A stretch of 60,525 nucleotides of DNA. Origin: an uncultured Gammaproteobacteria bacterium (GTDB lineage Bacteria > Patescibacteriota > Microgenomatia > UBA10105 > UBA927). Numbering within the stretch: the stretch's first letter is position 1; the number at the start of each line of letters is the position of its first letter. A program made the translations under genes and the position numbers. Where the stretch lies: positions 38,211 to 98,735 of the forward strand of contig CAYGFH010000005.1 of NCBI GenBank assembly GCA_964349125.1, written 5' to 3'. Of this stretch, positions 20,467-28,920 are shown one piece after another. Below the pieces are notes generated by a model. That model did not search any database. It was not told where the DNA came from and was given only the letters and a program-made list of their open reading frames with translations.

Positions 20467-20539
20467 CGGGGATGGCAGGACTCGAACCTACAACCGCTGC
20501 ATTTAAAGTGCAGTATTCTGCCAATTGAACTACATCCCC
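20467..20539 (-). tRNA. tRNA with anticodon UUA (ochre-suppressor type), Trp-like body, no encoded CCA
   Basis: GGGGATG TA GTTC AATTGGCA GAAT A CTGCA CT-TTA-AA TGCAG CGGTT GTAGG TTCGAGT CCTGC CATCCCC G; all four stems pair. Confidence 0.9.
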
Positions 20540-20552
20540 GAACTTAAGAAGA

Positions 20553-20627
20553 CCACACTTCCCAATGGATTCATTCCTCGGAGGACCCGATGAATCCAAA
20601 GCTACCGTTATAACTCGGGAAGTGTGG
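20553..20627 (-). ncRNA. Structured spacer element between the two atypical tRNAs
   Basis: 11-bp stem CCACACTTCCC/GGGAAGTGTGG enclosing a 9-bp stem TGGATTCAT/ATGAATCCA and a small TCCT/AGGA hairpin. Confidence 0.55.
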
Positions 20628-20630
20628 AGG

Positions 20631-20702
20631 TGCCCACGGAAGGATTTGAACCTCCGCTCTTTGCACGGTGAGTGCAATGCTCAACGACTGAGCTGCGTGG
20701 GC
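20631..20702 (-). tRNA. Atypical tRNA(CAC), Val-like or pseudo-tRNA
   Basis: GCCCACG CA GCTC AGTCGTT GAGC A TTGCA CT-CAC-CG TGCAA AGAGC GGAGG TTCAAAT CCTTC CGTGGGC A; C8, no D-loop GG and C37 are non-canonical. Confidence 0.7.
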
Positions 20703-20949
20703 AAGAACTGTGCCTTTTTTCTATCTACCCCCCCCCAACAAAAAGAAAGATACAGATACAAACAACAAAAAAGCTATCTGTTGCTTGTGTCTGTATCTTC
20801 ATCTGATGATGTAAACGTGCAAAAACGAACGTTTTGAGAGTGTATCATAAACGATCAGTATTTCGCAATCTATTCTTTATTTCTCTGACATGTCTCTTGC
20901 GGATATTTGTGGCACAGCGCGCCCCAAAATTCTTGTTAATACCTATTTC

Positions 20950-20975
20950 GCTATCATGTAACGGTACATGATAGC
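20950..20975. repeat. Palindrome GCTATCATG-N8-CATGATAGC, copy 2
   Basis: Matches 6916..6941; extends to tatttc...gaaata (20944..20981). Confidence 0.8.
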
Positions 20976-21031
20976 GAAATACTGAAACTGTCCACATGTC
21001 AAATATACGGAATCAGATAGTAATCTATTAT

Positions 21032-21160
21032 GGACACGTCGCTTGCGCCACATATGTGGCAGTACGCCAAGGAGTGCAATGTATCCAGCTTTGCCGGATA
21101 GTGCCTCGTACGCCTTTTCTCTATGAATCGAACGGGCTACGATTGCACTAAAAAATCCCT
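21032..21160. repeat. Dispersed repeat, copy 2, with an internal insertion flanked by GTACGCC duplication
   Basis: Same ends as 20067..20140; GTACGCC at 21062 and 21107. Confidence 0.75.
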
Positions 21161-21306
21161 CGGGAGTTCAACGCAAATGTTGAATCTCGGGGGACTTAAT
21201 TACGGTCTCGCAAAGGGGGATTGGATCAACCCCGATTAAATCGGGACTGAGTAAAACCCCCTTTCTTCTAAATTGTTGTATTGCACTAACCGCCGGTTCA
21301 CGCCTG

Positions 21307-21813
21307 TTACACATCCACTTTCTCAGGTGGAGGAATTTTGGGAACTTTTTCCCGTTCAAAAAAATGCCGTTCCGCCCAAGGAAACAATGACCAGAACAAA
21401 ACGTTACCCAGCACAAATGGAAGATCAATTAGCATAAGTAACGCAGGGAGCACTGCTGATGCTACAAACGCGCTGATTGTGTTTTTCGGCTTCGCTGTAA
21501 TTCCAGTTGAATGATTCCAACTAAAACCCAGGTAATACGCACCTATGAAGCCGGATAGTATGCCAGCGATGAGCCTGTTAATTCCTGCAGTTTCCATAGA
21601 GACGAACGTGAGAAATACCGCGATCAAAAAGGCGAGTATCTGTTCGATGTTCGCAGTATTTTGATCATCATCGTATCTGGTGATCCTCCTTTCCTTTTTG
21701 CTCTTCATTCTTGATACGGCGACAAGCAAGTTTCCAAAAATCGCCAGAAGGCTTGCCAGAACTGCTAAAACTGCGAGCCATTCGTGCCAGTTCGATGGAT
21801 ATTGAATTACCAT
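21307..21813 (-). CDS. Membrane protein, hypothetical
   Basis: Several TM segments; closely coupled to the upstream ORF. Confidence 0.8.
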   Translation of the reverse strand: MVIQYPSNWHEWLAVLAVLASLLAIFGNLLVAVSRMKSKKERRITRYDDDQNTANIEQILAFLIAVFLTFVSMETAGINRLIAGILSGFIGAYYLGFSWNHSTGITAKPKNTISAFVASAVLPALLMLIDLPFVLGNVLFWSLFPWAERHFFEREKVPKIPPPEKVDV

Positions 21814-21815
21814 GA

Positions 21816-22064
21816 TTACCTCTGCATTCTGCTTAGTGCTTTACCAATCAGCCAGCACCCTCCGATTGGGGCTATAAGACAACAAGTCCCTACACCAAGA
21901 ACGAGTAAGGTTTGAATAACTGATGGGAGGTTAGCCATTGCATTCCTCCTTATTCCGGACGCACGCCGAAATACTTGAGCGTGCCGAACTTGGGCGCTTC
22001 TAACAAAATAACTATGACGATGCCTGCGCCTGTTGCGACGAGCAAAAATTTCCACCATGGCCAT
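21816..22064 (-). CDS. Small basic membrane protein
   Basis: Arg-rich N-terminus, one TM, AAAGGAG upstream. Confidence 0.65.
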   Translation of the reverse strand: MAMVEIFARRNRRRHRHSYFVRSAQVRHAQVFRRASGIRRNAMANLPSVIQTLLVLGVGTCCLIAPIGGCWLIGKALSRMQR

Positions 22065-22558
22065 CTCGTTTTCATCTTATTTCGATTCTCCTTTCGTTTC
22101 TAAGATGATATTCCAAAAAAATAGTCAATCCACGTTCGTTGGCTATTTTTCATGGAATACCATGTGAATCCAGTTAGAAAATTGCGTTACAACAATGTCA
22201 AGGTGCTAAGCACCGCAGTCCCGTAGCATCGCTCTTCCAATAGAGAAGTAAGATGTTAGCGGGGCAATGTGCGAGACTTTTGGGATTATAGCAAAATGCA
22301 TCGGGTTTTGTGAAACATCCTGTCTGGTAGCTTCAAACAAAAAGGGCACTTATTACTATAAGCCTTTCTATGGTATAATACAGAGGCAATCTTTGGCAGA
22401 AGCGCCAAAACGATTGTTTTTTGCACGTTTACATCCCCCATATTACAGAACTACCATTCTGTTGTCGCGCGCATTTGGGATACATACTACATGTATTTCA
22501 ACTGTGCGCGACACACAATTTTCAATTCTATTTAAACAGTAAAGGAAAAAGAGTAATC

Positions 22559-22882
22559 ATGTCAAAGAGAAGAATGGTAATAAGAACTGGTTTGGACCAA
22601 AAGAATGTAGACTACGTAATAGAAACCGCGGTTTCAGTAATGGGAATCATTACTGGGAAAATCGGGGACAATGTACTTGAGTTCACATGCAAAAGTGATG
22701 TACCCGCAGACGAAATGTATCTTACATTTGAATTCGGTCTCACTAGAGGTGCCTCAACTTTCCTCACAACGTACGAGGAGATTTTCGCGAATGTTGGTTG
22801 GGACTTTGGTGAGCTGGAAATCATTCGTGAGGATGATATTCCAGAGTCTGCAATTTCGCAGATAGAACTCAAGTTGCAATAA
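22559..22882 (+). CDS. Small acidic hypothetical protein (107 aa; start MSKRRMV)
   Basis: AAGGA upstream; downstream hairpin tggccgttatt/gtaatggcca. Confidence 0.75.
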   Translation: MSKRRMVIRTGLDQKNVDYVIETAVSVMGIITGKIGDNVLEFTCKSDVPADEMYLTFEFGLTRGASTFLTTYEEIFANVGWDFGELEIIREDDIPESAISQIELKLQ

Positions 22883-22964
22883 TCATTGCCTTTGGCCGTT
22901 ATTCGGTCGCGCCGTAATGGCCAAGGGTGTTGGTGTGTTTTGTTGTATGGGGGATTGATTTTAC

Positions 22965-23849
22965 TTAGTGAAACATCTCCATGATAATCCGTCCGCTTTC
23001 CCAGAAGCCGTACAAAGCCAGTAGAATAAAGGCAATCGTACCCGCAAACGAAATGTATTCATTTTTCACTGCCTGTATTGTCTTGGCGGGGGAAATAAAC
23101 AGTGCAATATTCAGAATCGTATGGGCGGATATGACGCCGATGGCAAATCCGTAGACGTTAATGACACTAAAAAGTGGCACATATCCGGCAAAATCATCCA
23201 AGCCCAGTATAAAAGGAACAGATGCGGAAAATACAAGCAATTGTTTCCAAGATAATTTACTCTGACCTTTTAACTTTTCTCCAAGATTCGGCATGATGCG
23301 GGATAACACGGGGTCTGTGAGCTTGTTTATACCGCCTAAGAATCCTGAAAGGGCCTGAAATATAGCGTTTTTGACCCCATGACCCGCTTTCCAGGTTTCA
23401 AAGTGCTCCAGTGAGCCATGCGCCAGTTCAAACAATACCAGAGCCGCAAGCGCGACCATGAGAGCGAGCAGGATGTGCACATCTTTGAACAATACCCAGA
23501 GACCGATAATGGCAATCGTTCCCAGGGCGTTGCCTGCCGCCGTGCCGATCTCTATGGCCACTCTATTTTTCCATCCGGTGTTTGTGGTCATGAGCCTACC
23601 CATGAAAATAGCGAAATCGATGGATGTCTTGAGATAGATGGTTATACCGATTGCCACATCCACCCAGTGAATATTCATGTCTATAACTTCTCTGACGGGA
23701 AACAGATTAAAAAATAAGAGAGCACTATGAAGAGTGAAAATGAGCACCAGAAGAACCACGACTGTAAGGCAGAGGGGGACGAGCTGACGCAATAATCTGG
23801 AATCCTCTACGGTTTTGACAAATACATTCATTGTCACAGTATACCTCAA
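22965..23849 (-). CDS. CadD-like (LysE superfamily) membrane transporter
   Basis: TSIDFAIF and LGLDDFAGYVPLF resemble the two CadD repeats; multiple TM helices. Confidence 0.65.
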   Translation of the reverse strand: MRYTVTMNVFVKTVEDSRLLRQLVPLCLTVVVLLVLIFTLHSALLFFNLFPVREVIDMNIHWVDVAIGITIYLKTSIDFAIFMGRLMTTNTGWKNRVAIEIGTAAGNALGTIAIIGLWVLFKDVHILLALMVALAALVLFELAHGSLEHFETWKAGHGVKNAIFQALSGFLGGINKLTDPVLSRIMPNLGEKLKGQSKLSWKQLLVFSASVPFILGLDDFAGYVPLFSVINVYGFAIGVISAHTILNIALFISPAKTIQAVKNEYISFAGTIAFILLALYGFWESGRIIMEMFH

Positions 23850-23905
23850 TCAGCCCAATCATACCGCTGAATTTATATGTTGTAAAGATATATACAACAC
23901 ACCTA

Positions 23906-23933
23906 TTGACATTTCATATGTTTGGAGTATGAT
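23906..23933 (+). promoter_or_regulatory. sigma70-type promoter of the attenuated right operon
   Basis: TTGACA-N16-TATGAT. Confidence 0.7.
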
Positions 23934-23967
23934 GTCCTATAAAACGCCAAAGCTTTGGCAAAATACC

Positions 23968-24021
23968 ATGAAATCATTCGCCGTAACAAAATTTATTATT
24001 ACAGACCTTCATTTTGAGTAG
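23968..24021 (+). CDS. Putative attenuator leader peptide MKSFAVTKFIITDLHFE*
   Basis: TAG overlaps the antiterminator strand 24020..24032; N-terminus resembles the 18885..18953 leader. Confidence 0.6.
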   Translation: MKSFAVTKFIITDLHFE

Positions 24022-24057
24022 GTTTGTGTTTGCGTATGTAATGAGTTACTCAAACAC

Positions 24058-24084
24058 AAACCTCCAGCAAATGGAGGTTTTTTT
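24058..24084 (+). terminator. Intrinsic terminator (attenuator C:D hairpin)
   Basis: AAACCTCCA-GCAAA-TGGAGGTTT followed by TTTT, 25 nt before the first operon gene. Confidence 0.85.
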
Positions 24085-24109
24085 GTGGAAGCAAAAGAAA
24101 TGAATATCT

Positions 24110-24706
24110 ATGAATAAAGAGATACCGGAACGTTCATTTATGATCACTGGCGTGCCTTCTGTAGGGAAGACGGAGCTCTCGCGTGAACTGTATAAACTGC
24201 AAGACTTTATACCACATCCGCCATATACAACTCGCCCACTCAGAGTAAATGAGTGTTCCTCAGATATGCGTAGCATCACAGAAGAAGAATTTCTGAATTT
24301 ATATGCACTTCGTCGTCTCATAGAGGGTGAACTTAATATTCCATACGAACGAACGGGATATTTGGGAAAACGATATGGTTCGCCTGTTGACTGGATGGTT
24401 GTGGAAACGCATATGCATGCAGCAATAGGATTTGTATCGTTTAGTACGTTAATTGCGTCCGTCGTCAAGCGCTCTGTTGGGGAAAACGTTGCATGGATTC
24501 ATCTTACTGCAAATGAACAGGTGCGTCGGATCAGGCTTGCTGAACGAAAAATTCCGGAAGAGGAAATAACCCGCAGATTAGCAAATACAGATGGAGATAG
24601 TCATGCATATTTTGATGCAGCTGATCTTGTTGTAGATACCTCATCTATTTCATTAACTGATGAAGCGTCGATGGTTCTCTCGTATATCAATCGTGCTTCC
24701 ATTTAA
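24110..24706 (+). CDS. Guanylate-kinase-like P-loop kinase
   Basis: TGVPSVGKT P-loop, YTTRPLRVNE and YGSP motifs. Confidence 0.85.
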   Translation: MNKEIPERSFMITGVPSVGKTELSRELYKLQDFIPHPPYTTRPLRVNECSSDMRSITEEEFLNLYALRRLIEGELNIPYERTGYLGKRYGSPVDWMVVETHMHAAIGFVSFSTLIASVVKRSVGENVAWIHLTANEQVRRIRLAERKIPEEEITRRLANTDGDSHAYFDAADLVVDTSSISLTDEASMVLSYINRASI

Positions 24707-24717
24707 CACACATATCT

Positions 24718-27700
24718 ATGCCTGAACTTCCCATGAGCCATTTTAAAATTCCTATTGATCATCAGCAAAATAATGCTGATATGACACAGCGGACTCTCTT
24801 ACAAGGGGAGTCGTTAACCATGGACGTATCAGACGCTGAACAGTTTTCATTACCGGCATATATGAGTGCACTTGAACACCATGTGTTGCATAACAGATCC
24901 CGTATTAAAGAAACATGGATGGATATGCCTGTATGGGGTGACGGAATCAGTTTGCGGCATTTTAGCGAGCCTCAGGCTGTTTTTCACCCTCTTTCAGGGG
25001 GAATTCTTATACCAAAGAATGGACTGAGTGATCAGTTGCACTCATTTTATGCAGTACCTCGACATGGAGTAGTATTGGGCAATCATATAGATAACAGGGC
25101 TGCCGCATATTTTGCCCCCGTAGATCCTGCCATGTCGACCCGTGATAGGCTCAGCGCTATACAACAAAATATCAACGATACTCTGTCTGTTTTATCTACA
25201 GTAGATTTTACCGAACAATCAGATGCTGATTTTTTAGGCACTCTGGGCTTGTTAGATACCATAAAAACGAGCTATCTATCTTTGTACCATACTCTTACGT
25301 ACTCCGAACGCACAGATACTCAATTTCATGACGATGAGTATGCCACAGTCAAACAATCTCTGCTTGGTAGGGCATTTGATGCTGTCCAAACGTATTATTT
25401 ATACATGCTTGGGCACACTCAACGTGCTTTGCATATTTCGGCAAAACTGCCAAACATGCAGCGTGTATTGGCACGTGATATTGAATATATGAAGCAACGT
25501 AATCTTCCGCGGGAGCATTTCCGGTTACCAGAGTTGGATCATCCGTTAAGCATTGCTGGAAATGTCATCTTGAATATTGCTACATACCCTTCGATAGATA
25601 CGATAATCGGTTTACCTTCTGGGGGAACTGAATTGGCCTTTGCTCATCAAATAGGGTACGAATTGATACATGGTAGGATGCCGGATATTATCTTGGTTCC
25701 GTTGTCTACACATTCTGGCTTGCCAAATACCGACGAAAAACGCGACATTCAGATCGTTAAACAATGTCTGGACTCCTATCACAACGCTATAGATGGGAAA
25801 TCTATACTCGTGACCGAAGATAATGCTAATTCCGGAGAAACAGCCTCAATTATACAGTCTCAGCTTTTGTCTGCCGGTGCAAAAGAAGCACATGTAACTA
25901 TAGCAGCGTTAGATACTATTCGCACCGCAATAAAACAAACAAAATGGCCTGCGGATCGTCGGCCTCGTATTGTTCCCGGTATGTCACTTGTTCAAAACGC
26001 CGTTACAATAGCGCCAATTATAAAACGCACGTTCAATGACGTATCAGATGATCGTCAGATTGTGAAATTACTGCGTCTCAGACGTATTCGAGATGCATAT
26101 AGAGCACATCTGCCGAACAATGAACCACTTCCGGATGTACAGCCGGGTATTTCCACAGCATTGAACGTGAAAATATGTGGTATTCATAACGCGGTTGATT
26201 TACGCAATGCCGTTAGTGCCGGTGCTCGGATGGTAGGAATTCATTTGACGTATGACAACCCACGCGGATACGAGTCAAAAGTAGGCTCATTTGCTCATCC
26301 TATGGCTGAAATAGGACTTACTATGGCGCGTGGATTCCACCCACAGAAATCGCTACCGTTACCATGGGCGGAATATGGGTCTCTGAAGCACATGATGGCG
26401 GATGCCACTGATATTCAAGTGCCGCTTACATTCGTCCTTCTTATGCGTCCAAAATCCGTACATGACGTATTGGCCATGGTAGAAACGGCAGTTCCAAAAG
26501 GATTTACCCATCAGATCGATCTTCAGATACAGCGGTCATATGATCAAGACTTTTTGAAGGAACTGAGAGAAACGCTCAACGCTCATGGGTATACGAATAT
26601 CCGAATAATTCAGACATTCGGTGCGAATCAAGAACATATAGAATCACTTCTGCAACGTGCGAACGCGGATGATCATATTGATTTTATATTATTGGATTCA
26701 GACCTCAAGGGTGGGACTGGCATACAAACCAGCTCAACCCTTCTAGTCAACTTGGCGGAGCAAATACAAAAACCATGGTATCTGTCCGGTGGTCTGCGTG
26801 CAGAAAATATAAAAAATACGCTCACGTCGCTGAGAGGCACAAATCTGTTTGGTGTGGATGTAGAATCATCGGTGGAACTGGAGAGACCGATTTCTACAAC
26901 AGTAGGGGCAACGCACGCGTTCGCGCGTGTGAGAAAAGATATCGAAAAAATGAACACATTTATGTATCAGGTACAGCAAGCTGAACTGCAAACATTTTTT
27001 GAGACCCGCTATATGGATTTGGATGTACGCCAAACAGAATTCTATGCTGTACTCAAGAATGGATGGAAATCTGCATATGAGGAATGTGGATACTATAATC
27101 TTGATGCAATTGCTCGTGCAGTATATGCGGAAGCGACATCACGTGGTATTGTCGGTAGCATTAACGAAGAAGATTTTGTAGCAGTATTTAAAGAAGGTGC
27201 CATAGCGTATCCATTCGTGCCGGATCAATATATTCAGGACAATTGGCCGGCAAATAACGTACAAGATTTTCTCAATATCATACGAACGCAGGTATCTGCA
27301 ACAGCGGGATCTGTAGGAGTGTTAACATCAGGTGACTCTGAGTTGTTCGATAGCGGCAGCTACCAAGGTAGCCCAGAACAGGTATATAGATTCCGATTAT
27401 CAGGGTTACAACGGCTAATGAATGACCTATATGGACCTGAAGGATATACGTTTATAGCGCACCCATTTAAGGTACAAGAATTTGAATCCCACATACTCGA
27501 GAAGGCCAAGTCATCTTCCTCTCTAGTTATATGTATTGATGATAGGGTAGAGAATCTTCAAAAAACCAGGCACTTATGTGAACGTGAAGGGGTACGGTTT
27601 GTTGGAATCAATATATCTTCAGAGAGTAATGATGCTGATTTTATACAATGTGCCGATCTGGCATCTGCGGCAGAAGTTATAACCCAACTGCCCACAGATG

Positions 27701-27819
27701 CACCGCATATGTATGTGTTGGATATGGATGACGTACTTCTGAAGGAACAATTTAGAAAAGATCATCAGGCCAAAAATATATACCTTAATCTGGTAAAACA
27801 TACCTGTATACACATATGA
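24718..27819 (+). CDS. Multidomain fusion: unknown N-terminus, type I phosphoribosyltransferase, TrpF/PRAI-like TIM barrel, HAD-like domain
   Basis: SILVTEDNANSGET (PRPP loop); VKICGI, FILLDS, GGTG, LSGGL, GVDVESSVE and KDIEK (TrpF); MDLD, LTSG, HPFK and IDDRVENL (HAD). Confidence 0.85.
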   Translation: MPELPMSHFKIPIDHQQNNADMTQRTLLQGESLTMDVSDAEQFSLPAYMSALEHHVLHNRSRIKETWMDMPVWGDGISLRHFSEPQAVFHPLSGGILIPKNGLSDQLHSFYAVPRHGVVLGNHIDNRAAAYFAPVDPAMSTRDRLSAIQQNINDTLSVLSTVDFTEQSDADFLGTLGLLDTIKTSYLSLYHTLTYSERTDTQFHDDEYATVKQSLLGRAFDAVQTYYLYMLGHTQRALHISAKLPNMQRVLARDIEYMKQRNLPREHFRLPELDHPLSIAGNVILNIATYPSIDTIIGLPSGGTELAFAHQIGYELIHGRMPDIILVPLSTHSGLPNTDEKRDIQIVKQCLDSYHNAIDGKSILVTEDNANSGETASIIQSQLLSAGAKEAHVTIAALDTIRTAIKQTKWPADRRPRIVPGMSLVQNAVTIAPIIKRTFNDVSDDRQIVKLLRLRRIRDAYRAHLPNNEPLPDVQPGISTALNVKICGIHNAVDLRNAVSAGARMVGIHLTYDNPRGYESKVGSFAHPMAEIGLTMARGFHPQKSLPLPWAEYGSLKHMMADATDIQVPLTFVLLMRPKSVHDVLAMVETAVPKGFTHQIDLQIQRSYDQDFLKELRETLNAHGYTNIRIIQTFGANQEHIESLLQRANADDHIDFILLDSDLKGGTGIQTSSTLLVNLAEQIQKPWYLSGGLRAENIKNTLTSLRGTNLFGVDVESSVELERPISTTVGATHAFARVRKDIEKMNTFMYQVQQAELQTFFETRYMDLDVRQTEFYAVLKNGWKSAYEECGYYNLDAIARAVYAEATSRGIVGSINEEDFVAVFKEGAIAYPFVPDQYIQDNWPANNVQDFLNIIRTQVSATAGSVGVLTSGDSELFDSGSYQGSPEQVYRFRLSGLQRLMNDLYGPEGYTFIAHPFKVQEFESHILEKAKSSSSLVICIDDRVENLQKTRHLCEREGVRFVGINISSESNDADFIQCADLASAAEVITQLPTDAPHMYVLDMDDVLLKEQFRKDHQAKNIYLNLVKHTCIHI

Positions 27820-28847
27820 AAGAAACAGGAAATATAGGCTCAGTATTTGCAGCAAAACACATACCGTTGTCCCTAAAAGAAAGCGGTGTACAGATTAGAT
27901 ATGCAGAAACAGTACAGGGATTAGCAGAGCAGAGTGTCCCTCTTGATGCGCTCCTTGAAACAGCCCAGCAAACGGTAACCGAACAAACACAGCAAATAGT
28001 AAACCCCGGAAGCGTTATTGTATATCCGGGGAGGCATCCGGAATCTAAACATCCTATGGATGTTCTGTTGGCTAAAGGTATTGCATTGTATCGTATGGAA
28101 ACCAGCCCATGGAATGACGCTGTTGTCCAGTTCGCGCTTCAGACAGAACAGGCGTTGTGCGGCAACCTACCAATACACAAGGATACATTGTTTTCAGATA
28201 TGTTAGGTACCATAAAACAATCGGAGGTTGAATCTGGCGCCGTTGGCATCATAGGAGCAGGAGATATTGGTTCAGGGATAGCGCAGGCGATGTGTGAGAG
28301 TGGTAGGCATGTGTTGTACGTTTCAAGATCTGTACGGCCTCAATTGGATGCGTTTGGTGCACGCAGAGTGGGGTTGAAAGAAGCATTCTCAACTGCGCAA
28401 AGTTTGTTTATTACATTGCCGTACTCGTTAGACACTAAAAACATGATACATGGTAGTCTCATTTCTCAAATGCGTCCGAATGCCCGTTTGATTTCTGTAT
28501 CCGCAGCTGGTGTTATAGACGAAAACGCCCTTGTTTCATCTCTATGCAATGGAAACACTATCTCTGTAGCGTTGGACGTATATAACGGAGATATATCAGG
28601 TTCTGTGCTACATCCGGGCAATTCTCCAGGACTTACGTCTGTATATAAGCAAGGGAGGATACTTGTGACACCGCATATTGCGTACAAAACCGGAGAGTCT
28701 ACGAAAGTACTACTTCATACGATGGCACAGCCTATTTTGAATATGCTATACGGATATGGACTAGAGGAAACAGTGATCGTACCTACACCAGCTGAGCTTC
28801 AAACGCATTATTTAAAACCATCTTATACTATCAAACGGACAGTATAA
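27816..28847 (+). CDS. D-isomer-specific 2-hydroxyacid dehydrogenase family protein
   Basis: IIGAGDIG, ALDVY and LVTPHIAY motifs; overlaps the upstream stop (ATGA). Confidence 0.85.
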   Translation: MKETGNIGSVFAAKHIPLSLKESGVQIRYAETVQGLAEQSVPLDALLETAQQTVTEQTQQIVNPGSVIVYPGRHPESKHPMDVLLAKGIALYRMETSPWNDAVVQFALQTEQALCGNLPIHKDTLFSDMLGTIKQSEVESGAVGIIGAGDIGSGIAQAMCESGRHVLYVSRSVRPQLDAFGARRVGLKEAFSTAQSLFITLPYSLDTKNMIHGSLISQMRPNARLISVSAAGVIDENALVSSLCNGNTISVALDVYNGDISGSVLHPGNSPGLTSVYKQGRILVTPHIAYKTGESTKVLLHTMAQPILNMLYGYGLEETVIVPTPAELQTHYLKPSYTIKRTV

Positions 28848-28920
28848 GCGTGTATATATGCGCTTTCCAACCTAACTGTTGTTATAGGGCTATAACCTAT
28901 AGTATAATGGCGCTACCTTT

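Noticed and set aside
24718-27819. Tryptophan biosynthesis operon
   Set aside because: Only a TrpF-like domain is present, with no trpA/B/C/D/E/G; the PRTase is type I and the leader has no Trp codons.
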